From NCBI GenBank assembly GCA_016699875.1, contig CP064989.1:848525-912524 (forward strand): DNA of 64,000 bases. The letters are read 5' to 3'. Position numbers and translations under genes: made by a program. Positions 38,601 to 47,815 of this stretch are shown here, in pieces. The notes beneath the pieces are model-generated. The model was given only the letters and a program-made list of their open reading frames with translations, made no database searches and was not told the DNA's origin. Numbering within the stretch: position 1 is the stretch's first letter; each line of letters opens with the position of its first letter. The stretch is from Candidatus Moraniibacteriota bacterium. Its GTDB lineage: Bacteria > Patescibacteriota > Minisyncoccia > Moranbacterales > UBA1568.

Positions 38601-38975
38601 AAGAATATCGGTTCGGTAGTAAAGGAAAGGCTGACATTCCTTCCGCTTTCCGAAACACAGAAAGATCTTATAGAGAACATCTTTAGTGCGAGAATTCCGA
38701 CGGCGGGCACTGAGCCGACAACGAGTTCCGTGTTGTTTGTAAGAGATGCTCTTGGAAAAGCTCTTTTCTCGTCGGGTGATGTGGAACGCTGGATGCAAGC
38801 TGATATCGAACAAGTGCGAGAGAGGGTGAATAAGGCAATCTATGCCGGCATTGTTCGTATTGGTGGCGAGTCGCTACGCATTGGAAAAATGGTCGCGGAG
38901 GGTGAGACGGTAGAGGGTTGGCTGACAAAAATGGCGCGACATATCCTTACACATCCGATTGAACCTGCGAAATAA
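35673..38975 (+). CDS. large hypothetical membrane protein (1100 aa): acidic or disordered N-terminal half, two Gly/Ala-rich TM segments, P/S-rich C-terminal region
   Basis: It is a long uninterrupted ORF. TM-like glycine-zipper segments are AISALVIGAGATGVAVGSVGLIGLGAASGVAV and VWAGVAAGALLFAGGTALSLAHAA. No enzymatic motif was recognised. Confidence 0.6.
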   Translation: MKAEVVSLDSSEATLSPGERVFNLLPETVQGKLSGRYNREEIARRVLRELGEGKRDDRSLHNGVVSAIYLDKDIPSSIKKGLLRHLGSIVPAQENETLKFFKKVNKNLENQQVRKGDVRQQNSTSADTHRHDDDAIDREVRAVGADMHPDHSEKLEQKKYIARERASKKSKQAKVASVPGESHDSRKPSNLEGNVQGDASVSEDLPDDQKVSPPNEGYFGSLDYIEAIDDQSLDASVAQQEGIDWEGVKKDFDEEGKRIQEERARSVKFNRLDVQETFDQGMEQLKNRDKLAERFRDVKSFDELLVLLNDPEFPGIQGSKQFYSGDDLKRIIAIARETGATKFVTRSHGFLDMAERLLREEKEGKIGALKEDNIVEGFGVVNRTAPGVFERVPDALNELHIEKENDLSRAVESLEELQERVDRLKNDADAARNLLFSCRRKNGDRWKEVKKFFAFPKEKEAPKPVIEEWEMLEVAWKYRLTLYKDARVELAKRQVAEGGLQGRDVGAVMAETIRELDFRGRVENYNAWKDAAWSGKKDSWLLRAVGRAKDWGESYRKLDWKKRAAISALVIGAGATGVAVGSVGLIGLGAASGVAVRLLGSYAAGRGLYEYLEGRANKDTVKFQEAALSHVEQSGDIGFLDHRTRDYADRIRKDFEQMTRKNRKRVWAGVAAGALLFAGGTALSLAHAASAAERVVDGGSGKQVVQDALTARGAEIPEISKNVPVVPSVVEASVPASDTSGLMPDSVGSGVVDHGISVEAAGDIGKSFENMEIAAVPKGGSFEKVLIEKLTGVGIPKEEAGKLAHRAMLDLAEKSGKSFEIFNHIQPGAEIQYEIGPDKSLSVFGVTREAGGRVIQRMAGSALEGSHASPDVQVLEEVLSPPLQPTDAVSVPSVQTPPLSSFPKMPEVNLESPPDIFDRVLPEVPQIPPLEDTLSGNVPLDTSVSAHPLESISTNIPAPAHDFESLDLSVPGGEYLKNIGSVVKERLTFLPLSETQKDLIENIFSARIPTAGTEPTTSSVLFVRDALGKALFSSGDVERWMQADIEQVRERVNKAIYAGIVRIGGESLRIGKMVAEGETVEGWLTKMARHILTHPIEPAK

Positions 38976-39007
38976 TCCGATTTTTCTCATTCTTAAAACC
39001 TTCTTCT

Positions 39008-39346
39008 ATGTCGCTCTCTATCGAACAGGTCAAGGCCGATCTCATAAAAGAATTCGGATTGGAAACGCTGCCGGATGCAAAACAGCAGGAGCTTTTGGAT
39101 ATGATGACGGAAACGGTCATGAAGCAAATATTTCTCGCGCTTGGGGAAAAGATGGGGGATGACGGCGCGGACGAATTCGAGGCGCTGATGAAAGCGGGTG
39201 ATCAGGAGAAGGTAGAGGCATTTATCAAGCGCTTTGTGCCGGATCCGGATGCCTTTGTGAAGGGAATTGTTGCGGAGTTTCGTGATGCGATGAAGAACGG
39301 AGGAATCCCGGCCGGTCCTGAGAATATGGAGAAGTCCGGTGAGTAG
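39008..39346 (+). CDS. hypothetical acidic protein (112 aa)
   Basis: ORF with an ATG start. No family recognised. Confidence 0.4.
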   Translation: MSLSIEQVKADLIKEFGLETLPDAKQQELLDMMTETVMKQIFLALGEKMGDDGADEFEALMKAGDQEKVEAFIKRFVPDPDAFVKGIVAEFRDAMKNGGIPAGPENMEKSGE

Positions 39347-39916
39347 ATGTGTTTGTGTAGTAGTTTTTCTTTAGAGAGAAATTTTATGCTACGGGAAGAT
39401 AGAATGGAACATATGGGACAGCCGAAAGCAGGGAATGTTTTTGATTATGCCGGGTCTCTGGATGACGAGAGTGACTTTGAAGCTTTGAAGAGGGAAAATG
39501 AGGCTGAGCGCGGTGAGAAATTGCAAATGAAAAGGAATTCGGAAATGAAAACTCTTCAAGAAGATTTCGATCGAGATTCCGAAAAGATACAACGGGAGCG
39601 TGCTCTCGTGCGGAGAACTTCAGAGAGAAAGGTTCTCCAAGAGAAAGTTGAGAGGTTGAAAATGGAATATCATGAGAGTATGAAGCGGCGGAATGAGTAT
39701 GCCGAGGCGGAGAGAAATCGCGGGTTTATGAAAAGAATGTGGGAGAAACTTTTTGTGCCTCGAAATGCCTCATCTCCGGATCGTTTGAATGTTATTGCGC
39801 TTGATACACGTGTTCGACAGAGTCTTGCTATGTATCGAGCTGCCAAGAAAGAACTTGAAGATGTTGAACGGTTGATCTCAGCGGAGAAACCAGAGCCACA
39901 AATGAAAGGGAGCTAA
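39347..39916 (+). CDS. hypothetical coiled-coil protein
   Basis: K/E/R-rich heptad-like sequence. It abuts the previous gene. Internal Met (MLREDRMEH) is the likely start. Confidence 0.4.
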   Translation: MCLCSSFSLERNFMLREDRMEHMGQPKAGNVFDYAGSLDDESDFEALKRENEAERGEKLQMKRNSEMKTLQEDFDRDSEKIQRERALVRRTSERKVLQEKVERLKMEYHESMKRRNEYAEAERNRGFMKRMWEKLFVPRNASSPDRLNVIALDTRVRQSLAMYRAAKKELEDVERLISAEKPEPQMKGS

Positions 39917-39939
39917 TTTTTTAGATTGACGATATATTT

Positions 39940-40401
39940 ATGCCTGAAGAAAAGAGTATCATCGGCGTGCCGGAAGATGTGGCGGAGAAGTTGAAATCGG
40001 ATGATTCGGAGAGTGTTCGAGATATATTGGATGTTCCGGGGAGACGATCGGAGTTGTGGGTGGACGGGAAGATGGAAAAGCATGCCGACGCTCACGAAAG
40101 CGCCTCGCAGTATGAGAAGAAATTGGGCGAAGTACAGGCGGCACCATCCACATCGACATCGGCCTCAATGTTGAAGGATGATGCGGTAAAATTCGATGCC
40201 GATGCAATTCGTCATATGGAGGATGCGGTAGCGCGAGTGCAGAAGCTTCTTGAGCTGGCCCGTATCAAAGGAGTGGCACATGCGGTGTCGGTAGCGGAGC
40301 ATATCGATGCGTATACCTTGGATCTTACACATGATCGTATGGCAGATGAACTTGCGGATGAACTTCGCAAGCAGGGGATGCTTGATGATGCAACAGAGTA
40401 G
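39940..40401 (+). CDS. hypothetical acidic protein (153 aa)
   Basis: ORF only. Confidence 0.4.
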   Translation: MPEEKSIIGVPEDVAEKLKSDDSESVRDILDVPGRRSELWVDGKMEKHADAHESASQYEKKLGEVQAAPSTSTSASMLKDDAVKFDADAIRHMEDAVARVQKLLELARIKGVAHAVSVAEHIDAYTLDLTHDRMADELADELRKQGMLDDATE

Positions 40402-40429
40402 TTGATGATGAGCGGCATGTCATTTCACT

Positions 40430-42931
40430 ATGGAGACGACTTTTGATTTCAATCTGATTCTTATCCCACTTCTTTTTGTGGTCGGAGCGCTTGCTGCGCT
40501 TTCGGGAATCTTGCTGTTGATTCGGATGATTCTGTTTTTCAGATCACGGATCAATCGATCGCTTAATATGGACCTGGAAACGATTCAGGTGTCGAAGCCG
40601 GCTGAGCGAAAAGGGGAATCGTCGCGCCCGGATGAATGGAAGGAGGAAATTGGTGCAATGGAACAGCTTTTGGTGTCGCTCCAATCCTTCCGCGGGATGA
40701 AACACGGTTTTGATGTGTTCTCCGGTATGAAGCGGTTTTTCTATGGTCCGCCAGCCATTGTGTTTGAGGTGGCGAATCCGGAGAGAGATGAGGAGATGAC
40801 TTTTTTTCTTTCCATGCCGAGAAAGTTTCGTGAGAGTATCGAGAAACAGGTACACAGCTTTTTCCCAAACGCATTCGTTGAAAAGGTGAAGGACTACACT
40901 ATTTTCTCGCCGAAAGGATTCTCGTCCGTTTCAATACTTTCGCTTTCGAAAAGTCCGGCACTTCCCATACGGACGTATGAGTCACTCGATGTGGATCCGC
41001 TCAATGAGATTTCAAACTCTTTGAGTAAGCTCTCCAAAGAGGGTGAAGGCGCAGCGATGCAAATCATTCTCTCGCCGGCGGGCACCTCATGGCGTTCGGA
41101 GGGGCGGCGTATCGCACATGAAATGCAGCAGGGGAAGCGTTTGGCGGATGTGTATCACGAATCGCCGTTTTTGCACTTTCTCGGATCGGCATTCGCCTCT
41201 CTTTTTCATGCGGCGGTTCATGCGAACAAGCCTGCTGAACCGTTGAATGACAAGTCGCTTGTCCAGTTGACTCCGGAAGAGCAGGAGCTGGTGAAGTCAA
41301 TCGAGCGCAAGGTATCGAAGGCGGCGTTTCATGCCAATGTCCGATTGCTTGCCTCAGCTGCTTCTCAGGAGCGGGCAGATCAGATTCTCGCAACGATGGA
41401 GAATGCGTTTGCGCAGTTTGAATATCCGGACGCAAATCTTTTCCGGACGCGCCGTTTGCGGGATCGGTCGGCGAAGCCGGTGATTTTCGACTACATTTTC
41501 CGAGCATTTCGCCCGGAAACATCGTTTCTCTTGGGCGTTGAAGAGGTGGCGAGTCTTTTTCATTTTCCCATATCGACAACTGAGACGCCGAATATAAAAT
41601 GGCAGAAAGCCGGTTCCGCGCCGCCGCCGCCGAATATTCCGAAAGACGGCATCCTCTTGGGACACAATGATTATCGCGGCGTGAAGACGGATATCCGTTT
41701 AGCTGTTGCCGATCGTCGGCGACATCTCTACTGTATCGGACAAACCGGTGTTGGAAAGTCGGTATTCTTGCAGGAGATGGCGAAGCAAGACGTGCGTGAG
41801 GGACGGGGACTGTGCTTTATTGATCCGCATGGCGACGCAGTGCAAGATATCTTAGCGGCAGTGCCTCGGGAACGCGCCGAAGATGTCGTCTATTTCGATC
41901 CTGCTGATACGGAGCGCCCGTTCGGACTTAATATGCTTGAGTTCTCTCGGCCGGAAGAAAAGACTTTCGTCGTAAACGAGATGATCAATATTTTCGGGAA
42001 ACTTTACGACTTGAAACAGACGGGCGGACCGATGTTTGAGCAGTATATGCGAAATGCCATGCTTCTCATCATGGAAGACCCGACGACAGGTTCGACGCTC
42101 ATGGAGATATCGAAGGTGCTTGCTGACCCGGATTTCCGTCGGATGAAGCTCGACCGATGCAAGAATCCGGTAGTGTATGACTTCTGGGTGAAGGAGGCAG
42201 AAAAAGCAGGCGGTGAAGCGTCGCTTGCGAATATGGTGCCCTACATCACGTCGAAGCTCACGCCTTTCGTGGCAAATGACATGATGCGCCCGATTATCGC
42301 GCAACAGAAGAGTACTCTTGATTTCCGCACGCTCATGGATGAGAAGAAGATCATCTTACTCAATCTCTCAAAGGGAAAACTCGGGGAAATTAACAGTCAC
42401 TTGCTCGGCATGGTCGTGGTGGGGAAGATCTTAATGGCAGCGCTCTCGCGGGCGGATATCCCCGAAGCGGACCGAAAAGATTTCTCGCTCTACATCGATG
42501 AGTTTCAGAATGTAACTACGGACTCTATCGCGCAAATCCTCTCCGAGGCGCGAAAATACGGGCTCAATCTCATTATTGCGCACCAATTTATCGGACAGCT
42601 CTCGGAGGATATCTCGAAAGCGGTCTTTGGTAACGTGGGCTCAATGGTTTCATTTCGAGTTGGTCCCGAAGATGCGGAATTTCTTGAGAAGCAATTCGCA
42701 CCGATCTTCTCAGCTCGCGATCTGGTGAATGTTGACAATTACCGTGCTTTCGTCCGTCTTCTCATCAATAATCAGTCTACGAAACCGTTCAATCTCTCAG
42801 TCTATCCGCCAACATCCGGCGATGAGGAGCTTGCCGGGCATCTCAAGGAACTCTCGCGTCTTCGCTTTGGCCGCGACGCCGATATCGTCAATCACGAGAT
42901 AATGGAGCGGACGAAGCTGGCAGCTGCGTAG
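40430..42931 (+). CDS. type IV coupling protein-like ATPase (VirD4/TraD/TraG family) fused to an N-terminal TM + uncharacterised domain (833 aa)
   Basis: N-terminal TM is ILIPLLFVVGALAALSGILLLIRMILFF. Walker A GQTGVGKS is followed about 25 aa later by FIDPHGD (compare F-plasmid TraD GATGTGKS..IVDPNGD). Walker B-like YIDEFQN and a ..ARKYGLNLIIAHQ.. motif are present. The N-terminal ~430 aa are homologous to gene 58071..59369. The C-terminal ATPase is homologous to 59417..61501. Confidence 0.7.
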   Translation: METTFDFNLILIPLLFVVGALAALSGILLLIRMILFFRSRINRSLNMDLETIQVSKPAERKGESSRPDEWKEEIGAMEQLLVSLQSFRGMKHGFDVFSGMKRFFYGPPAIVFEVANPERDEEMTFFLSMPRKFRESIEKQVHSFFPNAFVEKVKDYTIFSPKGFSSVSILSLSKSPALPIRTYESLDVDPLNEISNSLSKLSKEGEGAAMQIILSPAGTSWRSEGRRIAHEMQQGKRLADVYHESPFLHFLGSAFASLFHAAVHANKPAEPLNDKSLVQLTPEEQELVKSIERKVSKAAFHANVRLLASAASQERADQILATMENAFAQFEYPDANLFRTRRLRDRSAKPVIFDYIFRAFRPETSFLLGVEEVASLFHFPISTTETPNIKWQKAGSAPPPPNIPKDGILLGHNDYRGVKTDIRLAVADRRRHLYCIGQTGVGKSVFLQEMAKQDVREGRGLCFIDPHGDAVQDILAAVPRERAEDVVYFDPADTERPFGLNMLEFSRPEEKTFVVNEMINIFGKLYDLKQTGGPMFEQYMRNAMLLIMEDPTTGSTLMEISKVLADPDFRRMKLDRCKNPVVYDFWVKEAEKAGGEASLANMVPYITSKLTPFVANDMMRPIIAQQKSTLDFRTLMDEKKIILLNLSKGKLGEINSHLLGMVVVGKILMAALSRADIPEADRKDFSLYIDEFQNVTTDSIAQILSEARKYGLNLIIAHQFIGQLSEDISKAVFGNVGSMVSFRVGPEDAEFLEKQFAPIFSARDLVNVDNYRAFVRLLINNQSTKPFNLSVYPPTSGDEELAGHLKELSRLRFGRDADIVNHEIMERTKLAAA

Positions 42932-43011
42932 CCATTGACACATTATACGACTTCATGGTATACATATCAGTAGCACTTTTTGAACCAAGAATTTAGAGAG
43001 GATAATGCATC

Positions 43012-43335
43012 ATGAACAATGCATTGGTAGTGTTGGTGGTTGCAGTGTCATGGGCGGTTCTTTTCTTTGCAGAGCAAGAAGCGATGCAAGTGTGGTCATG
43101 GATGATCATTGCGTCTGCTATTTTTGCGATGACTTCCCTCGGCTTTGTCTTTCTGGGATTCTTCGCTCGCCGAGGAAGGAGATACCCGTTCTTTATTGCG
43201 GCGGCCATCCCTCTGTTCCTTTCAGTTGCCCTCATGTTTGTCGGGCATGAGGAACACGAAGATCTTCTTGGTAAGATACGCGCTGAGAGGAGAATTCAAG
43301 AGAAAATATACATGATCCAACTTGGACGGATGTGA
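43012..43335 (+). CDS. hypothetical small membrane protein (3 hydrophobic segments)
   Basis: VVLVVAVSWAVLFFA, WMIIASAIFAMTSLGFVFLGFF and FFIAAAIPLFLSVALMFVG. Confidence 0.4.
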   Translation: MNNALVVLVVAVSWAVLFFAEQEAMQVWSWMIIASAIFAMTSLGFVFLGFFARRGRRYPFFIAAAIPLFLSVALMFVGHEEHEDLLGKIRAERRIQEKIYMIQLGRM

Positions 43336-43383
43336 ATATCGCATTTTGGAAACAGAGCATGACTTTTGTTGCTCTCAGGCTGG

Positions 43384-44865
43384 TCATTTTGACGAGCCTT
43401 TTTTCTTTGGGAGAAATGAGGTGAAACCAGCGAGATCTTCTCGGGTGAGGACACCAAGAAAGAAGAGTGTGGCAAGATAGCCGATGCCGAGGAAAGTGGC
43501 GGGAATGAGAAATGCGATGGAATGAGCGGGAAAGAGTTGAACAGCAAATAAGAGGAGTGCTCCTGCCAGGAGAATGCGCGCACCGTGTGAAATGCGGAAA
43601 GGTGTTCGGATGTATCTTTGCATGAGAGCGAGTGTTATCAGGGTGACAAGTATGGAGCTGAGAGTGGTTGACCAGGCGGATCCGACGATGCCGAAGTGCG
43701 GAACAAGGAATAGGTTGAGTGTTGCGTTCAATATGGTGCCGGAAATAGCCATCCACATAGCGAGGCGGGCATGTCCGAGTCCCATAAGTCCGGAAGAAAC
43801 TACATAAAAAACCGTGAGAAATGAAAGCCCGCCAATCAAGATACGGAAAGCGTCTACGGCTCCGGTGTACTGCGTTCCGAAGAAGAGTGTGAGTGTCGGC
43901 TTGGCATAGGCAAAGAGCAGGATGAAGAGCGGGAGGAGTATGATGCCGGCATAGCGGAGCGACTGTGACATGAGGCGAGAAACTTTCTCCGGATCGCCGT
44001 CGCTCTTGAGTTTGGCGAGTGCTGGCAGAAGCACGATGGAGAGCGCGTAGAAGAGATAGTACGGGAGACGTCCTACGGTGAGAGCGGCATTGTAGAAACC
44101 GGTTTGTACATCGTCATGAAGAATTGCTTTGACGAGGTAGAGATCGATGGAAATGAATATTTCATAGAAAAGCAGGAAGAGCGTGATAGGCCAGGCGGAT
44201 GACAGAAGGAGCTTCCAGGAAAACGACGACTCAGTTGTGGCATCTGCTGATCCTCTGAATGGGGCGGAAGATCGCCGATCGAGAAAGAGTCCGAGGAGAA
44301 ATGTACAAAGGGGAACGAGTATATATCCGGCAATAGCGCCATAGATGCCGAAGGCGAATACCATGGAGGCGATGAGTGTGATGCGCAAGACAGCCCTCGT
44401 CATTTTGAGGGCGGCTTGGGTTCGGAAACGGTGAATGCCAGTGAAGTAGTAAAAGTAGAAGGACGAAGCGGCGAAAGTGGGAATAATGAGAGACGAGAGG
44501 GCGAAGAGCGGTGTGAGTGACGGATCTCCCAAGAGGTATGCGATGAATGGTGAGGCGAAGAAGAATGTGATAGTGACACCTCCGATGAGGAAAAATTGGA
44601 GGCGCGCGCCGGCATGCTTTATGGTGCCAACCATGCGAGGCGACTTCTCGAAGTATTCGCTGAGGTATCGCGACATGGCCGTTGGGACGCCATTTCCGAT
44701 GAGGATGATGACGGTGGTGGTGAGGGTGACGACGAGTGCGTAGCGTCCGTAGTCGGCGGGTCCCAAGACGCGCCCAGCGACCGCGTGAATCACATAGCCG
44801 GAAATATTGAAGAGCACTTCGGCAAGCGTGAGCCAGATGAGTGATCGTGAAAGGGATATTGACAT
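43384..44865 (-). CDS. polysaccharide biosynthesis protein / Wzx-type oligosaccharide flippase (MOP superfamily)
   Basis: The protein is 493 aa with about 12-14 TM. The N-terminus (..LAEVLFNISGYVIHAVAGRVLGPADYGRYALVVTL..) is typical of the Polysacc_synt/Wzx family. Confidence 0.75.
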   Translation of the reverse strand: MSISLSRSLIWLTLAEVLFNISGYVIHAVAGRVLGPADYGRYALVVTLTTTVIILIGNGVPTAMSRYLSEYFEKSPRMVGTIKHAGARLQFFLIGGVTITFFFASPFIAYLLGDPSLTPLFALSSLIIPTFAASSFYFYYFTGIHRFRTQAALKMTRAVLRITLIASMVFAFGIYGAIAGYILVPLCTFLLGLFLDRRSSAPFRGSADATTESSFSWKLLLSSAWPITLFLLFYEIFISIDLYLVKAILHDDVQTGFYNAALTVGRLPYYLFYALSIVLLPALAKLKSDGDPEKVSRLMSQSLRYAGIILLPLFILLFAYAKPTLTLFFGTQYTGAVDAFRILIGGLSFLTVFYVVSSGLMGLGHARLAMWMAISGTILNATLNLFLVPHFGIVGSAWSTTLSSILVTLITLALMQRYIRTPFRISHGARILLAGALLLFAVQLFPAHSIAFLIPATFLGIGYLATLFFLGVLTREDLAGFTSFLPKKKGSSK

Positions 44866-45091
44866 AATAGAGGCGTTGTTGTAGTCTGGGAGCAGTTTTT
44901 TTGAGGTCCCTAATCTTCAATGGGAGATACGGAAGTGAAATCGCTACCTGTTTTTCTGCTCCTCTTGGTTATTGCCCTGATTGTCTTGCCGGCAGAAACC
45001 CTCGTTTTTCTAAGCGTGTTCCTTGATGTGATTTCTATTGTCGTGGGGATTATTTTGGTCGGCTCTTGTTTCTATGTAGCTCTTGCCGTCT

Positions 45092-45757
45092 TTATGGTCT
45101 CTCAGATGGTTGACAGCTTAGATATCGAGGAGATTGGAGAATAGCGAGAGAAATATCTGAGAAGACTGAACTTTTTTCGCGACTGGCATCAATTTCCATA
45201 AGATGCCAGTCCGATTTTTTTTGTTCGATGAGAGTGAATTTTTTGTGGAGGTATTCCAAGCCTTGTTCGGGGACGCGGCTGCGACGGAGAACTTCTTCGG
45301 GGGTGATGCGGAGATAGAAAGCGATATCGGGGTGAGGAACGAGTGTGGCAAGCGATGAGAAATATTTCTGCGGCGACGGCATTTTGTCGAGGCCGAGGTA
45401 TTCGAGGTTTATAATGGAGTCATAGAAGTATCGGTCCGAGAGAATAAACTCGATGCCACTTTGTTCGAGTTTTTTCAGAAAGAATCGGAAGCGGACGATA
45501 TCGATGAGGAGGAATATTTTCCGGAGCAAGAGAGAAAAAAACGAGACTTGCGTGACGGCGGATTCTTTTCCTGGCACGAAAGATTTTTCGCCTTTGAGGA
45601 GTCTGCTGATCTTGTTTGCCAGAGAAAACTCAATCGCATGAAACGTGGCAACTCGCCGCCCGTCAGCTTCGAGGCGCTCTTTGAGAAGAACGAGTTGCGT
45701 TGATTTTCCGGAGCCGTCTATGCCGGTAAAAGTAATGAGTTTCATGGTCGCGATCAA
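45092..45757 (-). CDS. tmk: thymidylate kinase-like P-loop kinase
   Basis: MKLITFTGIDGSGKSTQ is the dTMP kinase P-loop at the N-terminus. It is ~215 aa. The start is probably the MKLITF Met (codon near 45745). Confidence 0.65.
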   Translation of the reverse strand: MIATMKLITFTGIDGSGKSTQLVLLKERLEADGRRVATFHAIEFSLANKISRLLKGEKSFVPGKESAVTQVSFFSLLLRKIFLLIDIVRFRFFLKKLEQSGIEFILSDRYFYDSIINLEYLGLDKMPSPQKYFSSLATLVPHPDIAFYLRITPEEVLRRSRVPEQGLEYLHKKFTLIEQKKSDWHLMEIDASREKSSVFSDISLAILQSPRYLSCQPSERP

Positions 45758-45784
45758 ATGCTACAGGAATTTCTCTTGATGAAT

Positions 45785-47323
45785 TTAATACATAATAATC
45801 GAAACGGGCATCATGCGGGCAACCGGTTTTCCGACGCCATTTTCGCGAACACCCGCCATAATTTCGTCGATGTTTTTGTAGTGCGATGAATCCTGTTCGA
45901 TTACTTTCTTTGACCGACCATTGTAGAGCGTCACGCCGCGGCTTGCCAGTTTAGTATCGAGTGCGGATCGGTCATCGGGAATAATTGTTTCCGTTTTTTT
46001 GGCAACCTTCCCGGCACCGTGATTGCAGGAGAAAAAGCTGGACTCATTCGCGTCCGTGCCGACAACCAAATAGGCCTCCGTCGACATAGAAGAGGGGATG
46101 AAAGCCGGTTCGCCCGTCTCGTGAAATGTCGGATGGTCCGCCATGCGCGCGGGACCATACGCACGGCTCGTGCCATTTCGGTGCACCCACACATCTTTGC
46201 CAAAGTGCTCCTCTCGGGAAACGAGAATATGCGGCATATCGTAGAGAAGATCGAACTCCGGATCGCGACCGGTTTTTTCCTTGATGGTCTTTGATATTGT
46301 GTGCGCGATAACGGCGCGATTCGCATGAGCAAAGTTGGAGCAAGCATTTCGCGCTGCCATGTAGAGATCCGCCTCATCCCCGGTAAATTCTATAAGCGGC
46401 TCCTTCTTGCCGAAGTCCGATTCGCGGATTTTTCGAGCGATTGAGTTTATCGTGTTTCGATGCGGCGTCTTCCAGAGAGAGCGACCAATATTCATCATGA
46501 CAGCTGTTGACTTGTGCTCGCGTTTCTTTGCTGTGTACATGTACATGGTGTATTGTCCGAGGATTCCGGAGCCGCAGTGCACCATGAAGAGATAGTCACC
46601 GTTTTTGATATTGAATTTTTTCGCGAGCGCTTCATCCTCGATGCCGGTCACTTTCATAAGGTCGAGGAAATGGTTGCCGGCAGCGCCCAAAATACCGGAG
46701 CGGAATTGCGCTAAGAAGAGAAAGAACGGCGGGATAATATCGTAGATATCCTTTCGCGACAGCTCCTTTGAGAAGAAATTCCCCCGATCGAGAGAATTCA
46801 GCGCTTCATTTTCTGTTTCAATGCCGAAGTGATCAATGAGCGGCTGAATGCCGGCGCGGCAAATGTCCGCAATGAGTGGGAAGGGAAGATAGGTGCCAAG
46901 ATATGCTTTAGTCGGGATGCGCGGCACAAGCGCCTCGAAGACGCGGCGAATGTCCTCCGGCGAGAAATTTGATTCATTGAGGTTGGTACGGACGAGTCGC
47001 ATACCACAGGCGGGATCAGAATCATTGAGCTGCGGGAGAATTGCATTCTCCGAGGCAACAGTCGTACCGGTCGCATTCTTCCGCCCCGGCTTCGAATGTA
47101 CATCCGCCATCGCCGCAATGTGATGAAACAGCCCGTCATTTGAGGCGACGCTTTCGAGCTGATGCATCGTCTCCTCATTCGGCATGAGCTTTTCGGATAC
47201 ATGAAACACGACCGGCACGTTCATCTTGTCCGTCTTCATTTTACGTTTGTGGGGGGAAATTTCTTTGGTTGATTCACTTGACATATACTCTAATTTATGC
47301 AATGATGCTTTCGTCGCCGACAA
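45785..47323 (-). CDS. rtcB: RNA-splicing ligase RtcB
   Basis: Conserved metal and GMP-site motifs are present: ..AAMADVHSKPG.., ..SDPACGMRLV.., ..VHRNGTSRA.., ..FIPSSMSTEAYLVVG.. and ..SCNHGAGKV... The start is likely an internal Met (MKTDKMNVPV). Confidence 0.85.
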   Translation of the reverse strand: MSATKASLHKLEYMSSESTKEISPHKRKMKTDKMNVPVVFHVSEKLMPNEETMHQLESVASNDGLFHHIAAMADVHSKPGRKNATGTTVASENAILPQLNDSDPACGMRLVRTNLNESNFSPEDIRRVFEALVPRIPTKAYLGTYLPFPLIADICRAGIQPLIDHFGIETENEALNSLDRGNFFSKELSRKDIYDIIPPFFLFLAQFRSGILGAAGNHFLDLMKVTGIEDEALAKKFNIKNGDYLFMVHCGSGILGQYTMYMYTAKKREHKSTAVMMNIGRSLWKTPHRNTINSIARKIRESDFGKKEPLIEFTGDEADLYMAARNACSNFAHANRAVIAHTISKTIKEKTGRDPEFDLLYDMPHILVSREEHFGKDVWVHRNGTSRAYGPARMADHPTFHETGEPAFIPSSMSTEAYLVVGTDANESSFFSCNHGAGKVAKKTETIIPDDRSALDTKLASRGVTLYNGRSKKVIEQDSSHYKNIDEIMAGVRENGVGKPVARMMPVSIIMY

Positions 47324-47371
47324 CGATCGGTTTTTCTGTTAATTTCACAAACAAGTTCTGGAGAAACAGCC

Positions 47372-47815
47372 ATGAGACCTTTCTTCTGTTTTGATAGCAA
47401 CAAGGAAATATTTATTATGGGTTTCAGAGAGGAGGATGCTTGTAAAAAGGCTGTTATGCTTGTCAGAGAAGGTGCGCAAGAGGTATTTTGCCGACTTTAT
47501 CCTACGCGTGACAAGCGTCTTAAGACTACTTGGGAAAATTCACTTTGGGACAACCCTGACGACGATAGTCCATTCAGATTATTTAGATTCAAACATAATT
47601 TTTCTGAAGAAGGAGTTTCTCAAGCGTGGGCACTGTTTTGGCTTTCCCGAGAGAACTATTTTCTTTTAATCAGTTTTCAAAGGAGTTTGGGGAGAGGTTT
47701 TGTTCCCGGATATCGTTTCAAGTTTCGCCTTACAAAATGTGGGCGGATAGTCCTAAGGCGGAGGAAGGGGAAGATGGACTGTCAGAAAGAAATAAGAAAG
47801 CTTTTAGCCTCTTAG
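47372..47815 (+). CDS. hypothetical protein
   Basis: ORF only. Its 3' end overlaps the convergent GT4 gene by a few nt. Confidence 0.3.
   Translation: MRPFFCFDSNKEIFIMGFREEDACKKAVMLVREGAQEVFCRLYPTRDKRLKTTWENSLWDNPDDDSPFRLFRFKHNFSEEGVSQAWALFWLSRENYFLLISFQRSLGRGFVPGYRFKFRLTKCGRIVLRRRKGKMDCQKEIRKLLAS

Noticed and set aside
40430-42931. Alternative call of the ATPase as FtsK/HerA-type translocase
   Set aside because: Walker A followed about 25 aa later by hhhDPhGD closely mirrors TraD/TrwB/VirD4 (GATGTGKS..IVDPNGD). FtsK/HerA lack this block. The T4CP call is kept, but only HMM or structure comparison can settle it.
44231-44920. 229-aa minus-strand ORF in an alternative frame inside the Wzx gene
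   Set aside because: It is same-strand out-of-frame overlap with a 493-aa multi-TM flippase. Its product is His/Arg-rich low-complexity.
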